Of a DNA stretch of 64,000 nt, positions 31,672-42,862 are shown piece by piece. Each line of letters starts with the position of its first letter. The stretch's first letter is position 1. Below the pieces are notes generated by a model. That model ran no database searches. It saw nothing but the letters and a program-made list of their open reading frames with translations, and had not been told where the DNA came from. The position numbers were made by a program, and so were the translations under genes. Source of the DNA: an uncultured Pseudomonadota bacterium (GTDB lineage: Bacteria; UBA10199; JACPAL01; GCA-016699445); contig CAZKQW010000001.1 of the NCBI GenBank assembly GCA_964555055.1, positions 329,196 to 393,195 on the forward strand, written 5' to 3'.

Positions 31672-33725
31672 TATTGTCCTTTAATGTCTCCCCTGGCGAA
31701 AATGCTGGCGACGAAGGTCAGCACGTCCGTTGCACAGATCTCGCAATACCCGTTGTTCTTGATGAGGCGACTTTTCACGATGTCGATCTTCTCCTGCGTC
31801 TGCTTGTCGACGACGTTCGTGACCAGGCTCGTGAGCTTGATCGAATCCTTCTGGTCTTCGAAGAGCTTCAGTTCCAGGGCCTTGTGTAAACGCTCGTTCG
31901 TCTTGTAGTTGAAGCTCTTCCCTTCGAGGGAGAGGGCGCCGATGTAGTTCATGATCTCGCGCCGGAAGTCGTCCTTGCGGCTCTCTGGAATGTCGATCTT
32001 CTCCTCGATCGAACGCATCAAACGCTCGTCGGGCTCCTCATACTGGCCGGTGTATTTATTCCGGACCTTTTCCTTCTGCGTGTAGGCCTTCACGTTGTCG
32101 ATGTAGTTGGAGCACAAGCGGCTGATACCCTCTTCGTCCGCGGAGATCGCGCGCTGGACCTCGTTTTTCACGATGTCCTCGTACTCGTCCTTTACGACCG
32201 TCAAGAGCTCGCGGTAACGCTTGCGCTGGTCCTCGCCCCGGATCAAGGAATGGTGCTTGAGGCCGCTTTCCAATTCGTTGATGACCATGAAGGGGTTGAC
32301 GCAGCCTTCGTTCCGTTCGGAGACCAGGGAATTCGAGATCTTATCCTGGATGTAACGGGGCGAGATGCCGTCCAAGCCCTCGCGCACGGCTTCCTTGCGC
32401 AATTCCTTCACGTTGTCCTCGGTGAATCCGGTGAGGGTCTTGCCGTCGAAGAGTTTCAACTTCTGAAGCAGCGTCAGGTTCGCCTTCTTCGGCTCCTCCA
32501 AGCGCGTGAGTATGCCCCACATCGCCGCGATTTCGATGGTGTGCGGCGCGATGTGCTTGCCCTTGATCTTCTTGGCGTTAAAGTCCCTCTCGTAGATCTT
32601 TTTTTCTTGGGCGAGCTTGGTGATGTAAGGGATGTCGATCTTCACCGTCCGGTCGCGCAAGGCCTCCATGTATTCGTTGCTTTGGAGCTTTCGGTACTCC
32701 GCTTCATTCGTGTGGCCGATGATGACTTCGTCGATGTCGGTCTGGGCGAATTTCTTCGGCTTGATCTTATGCTCTTGGGAGGCTCCGAGAAGATCGTAAA
32801 GGAAGGCCACGTCGAGCTTGAGCACTTCGATGAATTCGATCAAACCGCGGTTGGCGACGTTGAATTCGCCGTCGAAATTGAAGGCGCGCGGATCCGAGTC
32901 GGAGCCGTACTCGGCGATCTTCCGGTAATTGATGTCGCCGGTGAGCTCGGTGGAGTCCTGGTTCTTCTCGTCCTTCGGCTGGAACGTCCCGATGCCGATG
33001 CGGTCCTTCTCGGACAGGATCATCCGACGCACTTTGATGTGGCCCATCACCTTATTCCAGTCGCCCTTATAATGGATCATCATTTCCTTGAAGAGGTAGC
33101 GGCACGGAGGGCAGAGATCCCCGGCCACCTGGATCGTCTTCTCCTCGGGAAGGTTCTCGTTCAAGGAAGCCAGGATTTTCGAGCGCGTGGATTCCGGGAT
33201 CAAACGCAAAGGTTCTTCGTGCATCGGACACGGGATTTCGTTCGCGTTCCCGAAAGCCGGGTGTTCGACTCCGTTACGCTGCCAAATGAACGTGTAGAGG
33301 GCGCCGCTTTGGGTCTTGGAATAAGCTTCGAGGCCTTTCTTCAGCAGACGCGCGATCGTACTCTTCGAGCTTCCGACCGGTCCGTGCAGGAGAATGACGC
33401 GTTTTTCAGGACCGTAACCATGGGCTGCAGCCTTTAAGACATTCACCAATTTCATCAGGGGGATATCGAGACCGAAGACCGCGTCGCGGCCGTTTTCGAA
33501 GGGGTCGTCGAAGAACTTGTAGCGATTAATCTTCTTCTTGTATTCGACGTACTCCTCGACGCCGAAGGACATGACCATGTCGTAGATTCTTTGGAAGGCG
33601 TTCCGAGCGATGGAGGGATCTTTTTGCACCAACGAAAGGTAATCCTGCAGCGAACCTTCCCAAGTCAGGTCTTGGTAAGATTTCGTATCCTGCAGTTCTT
33701 GGATAAGCGCATTGATATCCTCCAT
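31671..33725 (-). CDS. prkA: PrkA-family serine protein kinase/AAA protein
   Basis: '[15 protein letters not shown]' Walker A motif. Length 684 aa. PrkA N and C regions are recognisable throughout. Confidence 0.92.
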   Translation of the reverse strand: MEDINALIQELQDTKSYQDLTWEGSLQDYLSLVQKDPSIARNAFQRIYDMVMSFGVEEYVEYKKKINRYKFFDDPFENGRDAVFGLDIPLMKLVNVLKAAAHGYGPEKRVILLHGPVGSSKSTIARLLKKGLEAYSKTQSGALYTFIWQRNGVEHPAFGNANEIPCPMHEEPLRLIPESTRSKILASLNENLPEEKTIQVAGDLCPPCRYLFKEMMIHYKGDWNKVMGHIKVRRMILSEKDRIGIGTFQPKDEKNQDSTELTGDINYRKIAEYGSDSDPRAFNFDGEFNVANRGLIEFIEVLKLDVAFLYDLLGASQEHKIKPKKFAQTDIDEVIIGHTNEAEYRKLQSNEYMEALRDRTVKIDIPYITKLAQEKKIYERDFNAKKIKGKHIAPHTIEIAAMWGILTRLEEPKKANLTLLQKLKLFDGKTLTGFTEDNVKELRKEAVREGLDGISPRYIQDKISNSLVSERNEGCVNPFMVINELESGLKHHSLIRGEDQRKRYRELLTVVKDEYEDIVKNEVQRAISADEEGISRLCSNYIDNVKAYTQKEKVRNKYTGQYEEPDERLMRSIEEKIDIPESRKDDFRREIMNYIGALSLEGKSFNYKTNERLHKALELKLFEDQKDSIKLTSLVTNVVDKQTQEKIDIVKSRLIKNNGYCEICATDVLTFVASIFARGDIKGQ

Positions 33726-33936
33726 ACGTTTCCCCCTTCTGCCCCGTGGGCTTAATCATAAGATCGATCTTTTTAGATAAAACGATTCGATGTTTTGGAT
33801 GAAATTGGCGCTGACAAAGAACGGAACATCAGCCTGCGACGAGATCTACCGTGGGAACTACCCTCTGTGCGAAATCTTAAAAATTATAACAAGAATTTCA
33901 AAGCATTGTCCAAACGGAATTCTATTTTTCAAAAAA

Positions 33937-34782
33937 TTATTTTTGACGCGCGGGGACATCAGTGTTTTTTTCGAGGCCCGATCCGGCCTCTTTTTCAAGC
34001 TCTAAATCGCGGATGCGGCTTCGGATCACGTGACGCAAAAGGACGTTGCGCTCTAGCTTCCCGAAGAGTCGTCTTAAGTCTTGGTAAACGCTGGGATCGG
34101 CGATCAAGGCCCCGATCGTTCCTTGTCCATGATTCACCTTTGTCAGGATTCCCTTCAATTCAGTCGAGGCAAGACGCACTTCCTTCATTGCCTGTTGGAC
34201 ATCCGCGTTGAGAGTATTCTTTTGGCCCCCGTTGGTTTCGTCATAGATCAATCCGTGGACGAGACCATCGCCGGATTTGATCTCCTGCAGGATGTCCACG
34301 AGGATGCCGGAGGCTTTCGAGAGGTTTTTGACGGCGTCTCCGCCTTCGCCGAGCATCGACAACAAGCTCGGCTGTTCCGTCGTCTGGAGCCAATCGCCGT
34401 CCTGAAGCTCCCTGCTTTCGGGACTGCCCGGGGAGATGCTAATGACCTTGTCCCCCAATAATCCTTGAGTGCTGACCATCGCGAACGAGTTTTCGCGGAT
34501 CCGGTCCTGGTATTCCTTGTCCAAGCTGAGGGAAACGATGACACGCTTATCCTTCAGTTCGTCGGAAAAGCGGATTTGGTCGACCATACCGATCGGCAGG
34601 CCCGCCAGCTGAGCTTGAGCGCCGACACGCAGGCCGCTGATATCGGTGAATTGGGTCTGTAAGCGGTACTCTCGCCGAAAGAGTTGGTTGCGACCGCCCA
34701 AGAAGAAAATGGCCATCACTAAAAGGAGGACACCCATGAAAATAAAAACCCCCACCTTCATTTGAGTTTTTTGATGGTCCAT
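33937..34782 (-). CDS. mlaD: MlaD/MCE-domain substrate-binding protein
   Basis: N-terminal TM helix, then the MCE core 'FTDISGLRVGAQAQLAGLPIGMV'. Follows mlaE-mlaF. Confidence 0.8.
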   Translation of the reverse strand: MDHQKTQMKVGVFIFMGVLLLVMAIFFLGGRNQLFRREYRLQTQFTDISGLRVGAQAQLAGLPIGMVDQIRFSDELKDKRVIVSLSLDKEYQDRIRENSFAMVSTQGLLGDKVISISPGSPESRELQDGDWLQTTEQPSLLSMLGEGGDAVKNLSKASGILVDILQEIKSGDGLVHGLIYDETNGGQKNTLNADVQQAMKEVRLASTELKGILTKVNHGQGTIGALIADPSVYQDLRRLFGKLERNVLLRHVIRSRIRDLELEKEAGSGLEKNTDVPARQK

Positions 34783-35540
34783 TAAAAAGATCTCCTCGCC
34801 CTCTCGTCCGGAATCTCTCCCGTGATGAAGCTTCGGATAAGGGCGTTATCCGATTGCTGTATCTCGTCTTTCGTCCCCAAAGCTTCTATTTTCCCTTTAT
34901 ATAGAAAAGCCAAGCGATCGCTGATGCGGAACGCCGAGTCCATATCGTGGGTCACGACGATCGATGTCACCTTCATCTTCTCCTGGATGGAGCGGATGAG
35001 GTTGTCGATGCGCGTCGTATTGATGGGGTCCAAACCTGTCGTCGGCTCGTCGTAAAGGACCACCTCGGGATCGGTGGCGATCGTGCGGGCCAACGCCACG
35101 CGCTTCTTCATGCCTCCCGAAAGATCAGCGGGATAGCTTTCTTCGATGCCCGGCAGGCCAACGAGCTCGAGTTTGGTCTTCACAATGTCGCGGATCTCCT
35201 CTTCCGATTTGTCGAAGTGCTCGCGCAAGGGATAAGCGATGTTCTCCGCCACTGAAAGCGAGTCAAAGAGGGCGCCGCCTTGGAACACCATGCCTACGCG
35301 CCGCCTGAGGGCGGTGAGCACATCCTCTCCCATTTGGACGATGTCCTCTCCTTCAAAGAGGATTTGTCCCGAGTCGATGTTGAGCAATCTCAAAAAGGCT
35401 TTGAGCAAAACCGTCTTACCGGATCCGCTTCCTCCTAAGATCGTCATCGTCTCGCCTTTGCGGATAGATAAATTCACCCGGTCCAGCACCCTTTTCTTAC
35501 CGAAGCTCTTCGAGACGTTTTTGTAGACGATGAAATCCAT
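34782..35540 (-). CDS. mlaF: ABC transporter ATP-binding protein (MlaF-like)
   Basis: 'GGSGSGKT' Walker A, 'LSGGMKKRVALAR' signature and 'VLYDEPTTGLD' Walker B. ATG at 35540 lies directly after the mlaE stop. Confidence 0.88.
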   Translation of the reverse strand: MDFIVYKNVSKSFGKKRVLDRVNLSIRKGETMTILGGSGSGKTVLLKAFLRLLNIDSGQILFEGEDIVQMGEDVLTALRRRVGMVFQGGALFDSLSVAENIAYPLREHFDKSEEEIRDIVKTKLELVGLPGIEESYPADLSGGMKKRVALARTIATDPEVVLYDEPTTGLDPINTTRIDNLIRSIQEKMKVTSIVVTHDMDSAFRISDRLAFLYKGKIEALGTKDEIQQSDNALIRSFITGEIPDERARRSF

Positions 35541-35541
35541 A

Positions 35542-36369
35542 TCAGAAGAGGATGAAAAGCTTCGTGAGGAAGAAATCGGAAATGAAGACGACGAGCGACG
35601 AGTAGACCACGGCGTGGGTGGTGGCTTCCCCGACGCCGACCGTGCCACCCTTGGTTTGAAGGCCGCGGTAGCAGGAGATGATGCCGATGAAAAAACCGAA
35701 GAAGACGGACTTCGACAGACCGGAAAAAAAGTCGTCGATGGCGACCGTGCGTTGGACTTGTTCCAGATAATACCGCGGCGTCACGCCCGCTTCGATGTAT
35801 GCGATCCACATGCCGCCAAGGACGCCGATGATGTCAGCCGCCACGACGAGGATAGGCGTCATCCATGTCGTCGCCAGGACACGGGGCAACACGAGTTTAT
35901 GGACGGGGTTGGCCCCCAACGCCTCGATTGCCAAGACTTGTTCGGTGACCACCATGGATCCTAATTCGGAGGCGATACCCGAGCCTACCCGCGCCGCCAC
36001 CATGAGGGACGTCAAAACCGGACCCAACTCGCGGATGATCGAGACGCCCACGACTTGGCCGACGTATGTCTTTAACCCGAAACGCTCCAATCCGACGGCA
36101 AATTGCAGGGCCAGAACCATCCCCGTGAAGAGGGCGATGACGCCGATGAGGTTCAGCGAGCGCACGCCGACAAATTCGCAGGCTTCCAGAAAAGGCTTTA
36201 AAGGAAACCGGTACCGGAACAACGACCTGAGGGTCTGGAGCGACATCAAGGCCATGCCGCCCAAAGATTCCAGGAAATCCAAGGCACTCTGGCCGATGTT
36301 CTCGAAGAACCCGCCTAAAGTATCCTCGACCTCCTTCTCGATCTTACCGAGTTCGGAACCCTGAGACAT
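35542..36369 (-). CDS. mlaE: ABC transporter permease (MlaE-like)
   Basis: 275 aa. MlaE-type topology and the motif 'IIRELGPVLTSLMVAARVGSGIASELGSM'. Confidence 0.85.
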   Translation of the reverse strand: MSQGSELGKIEKEVEDTLGGFFENIGQSALDFLESLGGMALMSLQTLRSLFRYRFPLKPFLEACEFVGVRSLNLIGVIALFTGMVLALQFAVGLERFGLKTYVGQVVGVSIIRELGPVLTSLMVAARVGSGIASELGSMVVTEQVLAIEALGANPVHKLVLPRVLATTWMTPILVVAADIIGVLGGMWIAYIEAGVTPRYYLEQVQRTVAIDDFFSGLSKSVFFGFFIGIISCYRGLQTKGGTVGVGEATTHAVVYSSLVVFISDFFLTKLFILF

Positions 36370-36862
36370 AATCCTTAAAATCCTTTTCTGCGGCCGGGAA
36401 ATGCTTAGGCGGCGCGAACAAAACGAAGTCGTAAAGGCAAAAATCCTTCTTTAACACCACCACGGCCATCCCCATGGGGACTCCGTCTAAAGCACCCTCT
36501 CCCATTATCCGGTAGGCATTGCGCCCATCCAAGACAAAACCGTTTTCCGACTTCACGTGAGCTTTCTCTAAAGGTTCAAAGAGATCAGCCGCGAGACGCT
36601 TTAAAGGAGCGTCTTCGAATTTCTTCCCACACAGGGCATCCGTCACGATGGTCGCTTGCATTCCTTCATGGGTATAGACAGCTTGCTTTAACTGGTTGTG
36701 CGGCGGGCTCCATTCCACTGGAAGTGGCCCAACCTCAAAAGCCCTCACACCATTGTGTAGAGTTCTACCCTGAATACCCGCGATCCCTCCGCGACGGCTC
36801 ACGCTAAAACAGGAGATGGTGAGGCAGGAAACAACGAGCATGAGAAGAGATTTAATCCGCAT
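36344..36862 (-). CDS. hypothetical lipoprotein upstream of mlaE
   Basis: Signal peptide with a Cys ('LVVSCLTISC'). 26-nt overlap with mlaE. No domain recognised. Confidence 0.45.
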   Translation of the reverse strand: MRIKSLLMLVVSCLTISCFSVSRRGGIAGIQGRTLHNGVRAFEVGPLPVEWSPPHNQLKQAVYTHEGMQATIVTDALCGKKFEDAPLKRLAADLFEPLEKAHVKSENGFVLDGRNAYRIMGEGALDGVPMGMAVVVLKKDFCLYDFVLFAPPKHFPAAEKDFKDYVSGFRTR

Positions 36863-36924
36863 CGAAATTGAGGCTGTATCTTAAGTATTGGTTTCTTTCA
36901 ATGCCGATAGTATGAATTCCATAC

Positions 36925-37599
36925 ATGATCGCGGAAAACTTAAAAAGAATTCGTCGCATCCTCTCACTTTATCCAGGAACGCGCGTAATCTGCGCCGTCA
37001 AAAGTCAACCCCTCGAAAAAATCATGGAAGCCATAAATGCGGGTGAAACGGAATTTGGAGAGAACTACGCCCAAGAATTGGTGGAACACGTTACCGCTTT
37101 GGGCGAAGGGAAAAAAATCGCGTGGCATTTCATCGGTCACTTGCAGAGAAACAAAGTAAAAACCATTATCCCCTTCGTAAGATGTATCCATTCGGTGGAC
37201 TCCCGTGAATTAGCCTCGGAAATCGACAAGCGATCGCGATCCCTGGGAAAGACGACCTCCGTCCTCATTGAAGTGAATCTCGATGAGGAGACTACGAAAA
37301 CCGGTGTCTCACCCTCCTTCGTGGAAGGCTTGGTCATTTTTCTAAATAGCCTGGAACACATTCGGCTGGAAGGGTTCATGTGCCTCCCCCCGATCCAGCA
37401 AGACCCGGAGAAGACGCGTCCCTATTTTCGTCGTCTAAGAGAGATTCGGGATGCAATTAATGGTAAAAAAATTTATAAACGACCTCTTACGGAACTTTCC
37501 ATGGGCATGAGTCAAGATTTTGAGATCGCCCTGCAAGAAGGGGCGACGACGGTGCGCATCGGAACGGGAATTTTTGGAGAACGCCATGCCAAAGGCTAA
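36925..37599 (+). CDS. yggS: YggS-family pyridoxal-phosphate homeostasis protein
   Basis: 'VKSQP' (PLP Lys), 'FGENYAQE', 'WHFIGHLQRNK' and 'LSMGMSQDFEIA'. Confidence 0.88.
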   Translation: MIAENLKRIRRILSLYPGTRVICAVKSQPLEKIMEAINAGETEFGENYAQELVEHVTALGEGKKIAWHFIGHLQRNKVKTIIPFVRCIHSVDSRELASEIDKRSRSLGKTTSVLIEVNLDEETTKTGVSPSFVEGLVIFLNSLEHIRLEGFMCLPPIQQDPEKTRPYFRRLREIRDAINGKKIYKRPLTELSMGMSQDFEIALQEGATTVRIGTGIFGERHAKG

Positions 37600-38413
37600 A
37601 AAGATCACATTAGGTTTGATCGGAGGCGGCAATATGGGGGCCGCCATTGTCGAAAGCCTCATCCGTAGGAAGATCATAGCTCCGCGATATATCGGCATTT
37701 CGGAACCGGACGCCAAAAAACGGGCTCGACTGAAAAAAAAGTTTGGGGTCGTACTTTTCAACAACAATTTAAACCTAGTGGCAGCTTCGGAAACCGTTTT
37801 GCTGGCGGTAAAACCCCAGCAGATGAGGGAAGTCTTAACCGAAATCGCCCCGGTCGTGACCCCTTCCCACCTTTTCCTCTCCATTGCCGCCGGTTTGGAC
37901 ACGGAATTCTTTGAAAAGCATCTGCCGCCGCGGACCCGCTTTATCCGCATCATGCCTAATATGGGAGTCATGGTGGGACTCGGAGCTTCCGGTCTCTTCG
38001 CGGCTTCAACGGCTAAGCCATCAGACCGCAAAATCGCCCTCAAAATTTTTTCCGCCGGCGGAGATGCCCTTTTCGTACCGCGCGAAGATTTATTGGATAG
38101 CGTCACCGCCGTCTCGGGAAGCGGACCGGCATTCGCTTTCTTATTCATCGATTCGTTGATTCAAGCGGGTCTGCAGGAAGGACTCTCCGCGGACGTCAGC
38201 CGCCGGTTAGTCCTGCAAACCCTGCGGGGAGCCATAGAAATGGCTAGTCTCTCCCGCGAACCCTTGACGGACCTGATCCAAAAAGTCGCGTCCAAGGGCG
38301 GGACGACCGAAGCTGGGTTGAAAACGCTTCATGAGGGAGGCTTCGCCCCTCTGATTCATCGTACTATAATGGCCGCGAGCCAACGCGCCAAGGAGCTTCG
38401 ATGCATTTCCTAG
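37586..38413 (+). CDS. proC: pyrroline-5-carboxylate reductase
   Basis: GGAGA RBS. 'LGLIGGGNMGAAI', 'VSGSGPAFAFLF' and 'VASKGGTTEAGL'. Confidence 0.9.
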   Translation: MPKAKKITLGLIGGGNMGAAIVESLIRRKIIAPRYIGISEPDAKKRARLKKKFGVVLFNNNLNLVAASETVLLAVKPQQMREVLTEIAPVVTPSHLFLSIAAGLDTEFFEKHLPPRTRFIRIMPNMGVMVGLGASGLFAASTAKPSDRKIALKIFSAGGDALFVPREDLLDSVTAVSGSGPAFAFLFIDSLIQAGLQEGLSADVSRRLVLQTLRGAIEMASLSREPLTDLIQKVASKGGTTEAGLKTLHEGGFAPLIHRTIMAASQRAKELRCIS

Positions 38414-38712
38414 GACTGATTCTTTTAGCTATCGCCCGCGTATTGGATATGCTGATCAATCTCTACACCTTCGTCGTCGCCTTCGCTTGTATCATCACGT
38501 GGGTCAATCCCGATCCTTATAACCCCATCGTCCGCTTCTTAAATCAAGCGACCCAACCCGTTTTCCAACGCGTCCGCCGTTTTCTTCCCCAGGCCCTGTT
38601 TCGGACGGGTTTTGATGTAACTCCCATCGTTGTTTTTATCGTTTTAATAGTGATAAATACGGTTCTAGTCGGTACCCTTTTTGATATCGCCCATTCATTG
38701 CGCTCACAATAA
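38401..38712 (+). CDS. yggT: YggT-family membrane protein
   Basis: 103 aa with 'ITWVNPDPYNPI'. Canonical yggS-proC-yggT order. Confidence 0.75.
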   Translation: MHFLGLILLAIARVLDMLINLYTFVVAFACIITWVNPDPYNPIVRFLNQATQPVFQRVRRFLPQALFRTGFDVTPIVVFIVLIVINTVLVGTLFDIAHSLRSQ

Positions 38713-38825
38713 GTTCAGCAACCATCTCGAATTCTTTAAAAAAAGCCTTGCGGGTTTACAGACACCATGCTTAAATGGGGTATTCTGTCACCAATAGGTG
38801 ACCAGACCAGAGGAACCAAGTCACC

Positions 38826-41447
38826 ATGACTGAAAACGCTCCGAATTTTGAACCCAAACCTTTTGGACGCTATGTCCTTCTCAACAAACTCGCTGTGGGC
38901 GGTATGGCGGAAATTTACAAGGCCAAAACCTACGGAGTTGACGGATTTGAGAAAGTCTTGGCGGTTAAGCGCATCCTCCCTCACTGTTCGGCGGATCGCG
39001 AGTTCATTAATATGCTGGTGGATGAGGCGAAACTCACTGTCCTCCTCTCCCATGCCAATATCGTCCAAGTGTATGACCTCGGAAAGGTCGGTGACGACTA
39101 CTTCATCTCCATGGAGTACATCTTCGGCACCAACCTCCGGGAATTCATGAACCGATTTCAGGAGAAGAAGAGCCGCATCCCGGACGAGATGACGGTCTAT
39201 ATCATCAGTGAGATGTGTAAGGGATTGGATTACGCCCACCGCAAGACCGATACCCAGGGGAAACCCTTAAACATCGTCCACCGCGACATCAGCCCCCAAA
39301 ACTTGCTTATTTCGTATGAAGGTGAAGTTAAAATCGTGGATTTCGGGATCGCCAAGGCTGCGATGAACGTGTCTCACACAATGGCGGGCATCCTAAAAGG
39401 CAAAGTCGCCTACATGTCGCCAGAACAGGCTTTAGGAAAACCCATCGATCACCGAACGGACATCTTTTCCGCTGGTCTCGTGCTTTACGAAATGTTGACA
39501 GGAGAAAAGCTTTTTACCGGCGAGACACAATTCGAAGTCTTGAACCAAATCCGCACCACCCGCGTCAACACTCTCATGCTTCCGGATACGATTCCAGGAC
39601 CTTTGAAAGCGATCATTGCGAAGTCTTTGGCTTATAATCCCAAAGACCGCTATCAGAGCGCCGGCGACTTCCAACTCGATCTTACGAAATTTCTCTATTC
39701 CTCCTATGTCGATTTTTCACCTCGAAACCTGGCCTCTTTGATGCATCAAATGTTCCAAGGAGACATGAAGAAAAAAGAGGCCCCGGTCGTCGTCGATGAA
39801 AAAACAAACTCCGCGATCATCAAACAGATCCAATCCTCCAATCCGGAGGATATCCTTGCGCACGCCAATACTTCGAAATCTCTCAGTGGCTTAGAAGTGA
39901 AGCCGGAACTCCCCACAGACCGCGTTCAAGCGCCTTCGACGACGCCTCATACGTCGACGGAGATCCGGATACACGACGATACGTTAATAAAAAAATTCGA
40001 GAACACGGCGCCTTCCATTACCGTGGGAAAGTCAGATAAAAAAACCAAGAAAAAACCACTGATCGCAGCCGTGGGTATACTCGTCGTCTTAGGGATCGCA
40101 GGCTTCTTCAGCTATAAATTCATCAAGAAACCGACCCCTCAAGCCCTGCCCATCCCACAACCGATGCCCCCACCCAACCAACCTCAAGTGGAAGTCAGCA
40201 GTATCGTGATCCACACAACGCCATCCGGCGCTAAAGTTTACCTGAACGGAAATCTCACCCAACTCGAAACGCCGGCGACTCTCGAGAAGTTAGAAACGGG
40301 ACGCGAGTACCAAATACGATTGGTCAAAGAAGGCTTTGAGGATTTCACAAAAGTCGTGCCGCTAACCAGCACAAGCGCCTTTAAAATCGAAACTACGCTT
40401 GTCGCCATAAAATCTCCAACGCCCCCACCTCCATCCCCGCCCTTAAAAGGAAGTCTTCAGATTACTTCATCCCCGACGGGGGCCAAAATCATCATCGATG
40501 GACACGAGATGGCTCAAACCACGCCAGCCGAAATACGAGAGCTGGAAATAGGGCGTAAATATTCTTTCAAGCTCCAACTTCCCAGTTATTCCGAATGGGC
40601 TTCCGAGGTTGAGGTTAAGTCTGCGGATCCGATGACAATTCAAGCTGCGCTCATACCCATTTCTCCACCCACGCCTCTGCCTCCGACTCCAACTCCCGTT
40701 CCACAACCCGTTCCGCCTGTGCTCGGATCGATCAACATCACTTCCAAACCAAGCGGCGCTAAAATCACCTTAAATGGAAAATACACCGGCAAGACGACCC
40801 CGGATACCTTGAAAGACCTGACCGCCGACCAAAAGGCCACGATTACCTTATCGAAAGAAGGTTATCAGGATTGGAGCAAGACGGTCACGGTCGTCGAAAA
40901 CCGCGCCTTGGACGTCTCGGGATTTTTGAAGGAAATTAAAGCACCGGAACCAACCGTTAAAACTCCAGACAAGCCAAAGGAGCCGACACCGCCACCCACG
41001 GAGCCTGAATCGCCCCAAATAAGCGGCACCGGCAGCATCGTGGTGAGTACCGAACCCTCAGGCATGGAAGTGTATGCGAACTCTGAATTAAAGGGACAAA
41101 CACCTCTCACCATATCGAATCTCCCCGCCGGAAACGTAAAGCTAGTTTTCCGTAAGGGAAACCTTCAACCCTTCGTGAAAAATGTAAAATTAGGTTCTGG
41201 AGAGAGTAAAAATTTAGGAACTATAGCCCTTTACGGGGAAGTAAAGATCGTCACCATGCCTCCGCGAGCGACGGTTATATGGAATGGAGTGGATGTGGGC
41301 GAGAAGAGCCCGGTGACTTTAAAAGGTTTCCCTCGGGATAAGGCTTATCCGATCAAGGTTATGTTGGATGGGTTCAAACCTTGGGAAAGCAATGTAAGTC
41401 TGGATAGTGATACTAAAAAATTAGACATCGAATTGGAGAAAGACTGA
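38826..41447 (+). CDS. Ser/Thr protein kinase with TM helix and five extracytoplasmic PEGA domains
   Basis: Hanks kinase motifs ('GGMAEIYKAK', 'VAVKRI', 'HRDISPQN', 'DFGIAK', 'YMSPEQ'). TM helix 'LIAAVGILVVLGIAGFF'. Five 'T.PSGAK(V/I)..NG...TP' PEGA repeats are separated by Pro-rich linkers. Confidence 0.88.
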   Translation: MTENAPNFEPKPFGRYVLLNKLAVGGMAEIYKAKTYGVDGFEKVLAVKRILPHCSADREFINMLVDEAKLTVLLSHANIVQVYDLGKVGDDYFISMEYIFGTNLREFMNRFQEKKSRIPDEMTVYIISEMCKGLDYAHRKTDTQGKPLNIVHRDISPQNLLISYEGEVKIVDFGIAKAAMNVSHTMAGILKGKVAYMSPEQALGKPIDHRTDIFSAGLVLYEMLTGEKLFTGETQFEVLNQIRTTRVNTLMLPDTIPGPLKAIIAKSLAYNPKDRYQSAGDFQLDLTKFLYSSYVDFSPRNLASLMHQMFQGDMKKKEAPVVVDEKTNSAIIKQIQSSNPEDILAHANTSKSLSGLEVKPELPTDRVQAPSTTPHTSTEIRIHDDTLIKKFENTAPSITVGKSDKKTKKKPLIAAVGILVVLGIAGFFSYKFIKKPTPQALPIPQPMPPPNQPQVEVSSIVIHTTPSGAKVYLNGNLTQLETPATLEKLETGREYQIRLVKEGFEDFTKVVPLTSTSAFKIETTLVAIKSPTPPPPSPPLKGSLQITSSPTGAKIIIDGHEMAQTTPAEIRELEIGRKYSFKLQLPSYSEWASEVEVKSADPMTIQAALIPISPPTPLPPTPTPVPQPVPPVLGSINITSKPSGAKITLNGKYTGKTTPDTLKDLTADQKATITLSKEGYQDWSKTVTVVENRALDVSGFLKEIKAPEPTVKTPDKPKEPTPPPTEPESPQISGTGSIVVSTEPSGMEVYANSELKGQTPLTISNLPAGNVKLVFRKGNLQPFVKNVKLGSGESKNLGTIALYGEVKIVTMPPRATVIWNGVDVGEKSPVTLKGFPRDKAYPIKVMLDGFKPWESNVSLDSDTKKLDIELEKD

Positions 41448-41454
41448 GGCCACC

Positions 41455-42858
41455 ATGGAAAACGCGATAAAAGAATTCGACACGCAGTTAATGAGAACGG
41501 AAGAGCAGAAAGACGTTGTCTTCCAGCGCAAATGTCAACTCGTCGTCCTAGACGGCGTTAAAAAGGGGGCTAAGATCGACCTGAACCGGCCCCTCATCCG
41601 AATCGGCAAGCGCGAGGACAATGATTTCGTCCTTGATGAGAAGACAGTCTCTCGAAACCACCTCGAAATCGTCCAGACCGAGGACCGATACCTGTTGAAG
41701 GACCTAGAAAGCACCAACGGCACCTTCATCAACGACATCCGCGTCAAGGAAGCTTATCTATCCCCCGGCGATATCGTTCGTCTGGGGAACATCAATGCCG
41801 AGTTCGTCGCATTCGATGAAAAAGTGCATATCGAGCCGTCGACCCAAAACCAATTTGGTCCCTTGATGGGTCGTTCGCGTAAAATGCGGCAGATCTTCAG
41901 CGTCCTGGAAAAAATCTCCCCCACGAATGCCACCGTCATGATCGAGGGCGAGACGGGGACGGGGAAGGATGTCGTCGCAAGGGCCATTCACGAAAATAGC
42001 TCCCGCAAGAATAAGCCCTTGATCGTCTTTGACTGCTCCGCCGTCGCCGAGAATCTCATCGAAAGCGAACTCTTCGGGCACATGAAGGGTTCGTTCACCG
42101 GAGCCGTCTCCACCCGCAAAGGAGCTTTCGAAGAGGCCAACGGAGGAACGATCTTCTTGGATGAAATCGGTGAGCTTTCCCTGGAACTCCAGCCAAAACT
42201 CTTGCGGGCCCTCGAACAGCGAGAGATTAAAAAAGTAGGTTCCAATGAGTCGATTCCTATCGATGTTCGCGTCATTTGCGCCACGAATAGAAATCTTAAG
42301 AAAGAAGTCTCCGAAAAAAGATTTCGCGAAGACCTCTATTATCGTCTCTCGGTCGTGAAAATTTATATCCCGCCTTTACGGGAGCGGCCCGAGGACATTT
42401 CGTTTCTGATCGAACATCTTTTGACACGCGGCAAATTCAACCTACAGCCGGATAATACATTGAAGGTCACCCGCGTGGAAGACGATGCCCTAAAAATGCT
42501 TTCGCGTTATCAGTGGCCTGGAAACGTCCGTGAACTCGTGAATATCCTCGAACGTATCGTCCCTATGGTGGACGGAAACTCAATCACAGGCCAGCAAGTA
42601 GGCTACGTCTTCCAAGAGCTCGAGCGCGAGGACGAGGAAGCCACCGAAAAAATGATGGTCGACATGGCCTTACCTTTCAAAGAAGCGAAGCAAAAGGTCG
42701 TGGAGCAATTCGAAAAGGAATATCTCTCGAGCTTGTTACGCCGTAACCATTACAACATCTCTAAAACCGCCCGGGAAGCCGGAGTAGATCGAAAGCATAT
42801 CCGGAATCTCCTGAAAAAATACGGGATTCTCGACGACAATCTGACGGACGACGAATAG
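41455..42858 (+). CDS. sigma-54-dependent transcriptional activator with N-terminal FHA domain
   Basis: FHA ('IRIGKREDNDFVLDEKTVSRNHLEI...STNGTF'). AAA+ ('GETGTGKD', 'GSFTGA' sigma-54 contact loop, 'GGTIFLDEI'). C-terminal HTH ('NISKTAREAGVDRKHI'). Confidence 0.9.
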   Translation: MENAIKEFDTQLMRTEEQKDVVFQRKCQLVVLDGVKKGAKIDLNRPLIRIGKREDNDFVLDEKTVSRNHLEIVQTEDRYLLKDLESTNGTFINDIRVKEAYLSPGDIVRLGNINAEFVAFDEKVHIEPSTQNQFGPLMGRSRKMRQIFSVLEKISPTNATVMIEGETGTGKDVVARAIHENSSRKNKPLIVFDCSAVAENLIESELFGHMKGSFTGAVSTRKGAFEEANGGTIFLDEIGELSLELQPKLLRALEQREIKKVGSNESIPIDVRVICATNRNLKKEVSEKRFREDLYYRLSVVKIYIPPLRERPEDISFLIEHLLTRGKFNLQPDNTLKVTRVEDDALKMLSRYQWPGNVRELVNILERIVPMVDGNSITGQQVGYVFQELEREDEEATEKMMVDMALPFKEAKQKVVEQFEKEYLSSLLRRNHYNISKTAREAGVDRKHIRNLLKKYGILDDNLTDDE

Positions 42859-42862
42859 GAAT

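Noticed and set aside
33790-34211. 71-aa and 138-aa plus-strand ORFs in the prkA upstream gap, overlapping the mlaD 3' end.
   Set aside because: They have no RBS and no homology, and they run antisense into mlaD. The 210-nt AT-rich gap is more likely the prkA promoter/leader region.
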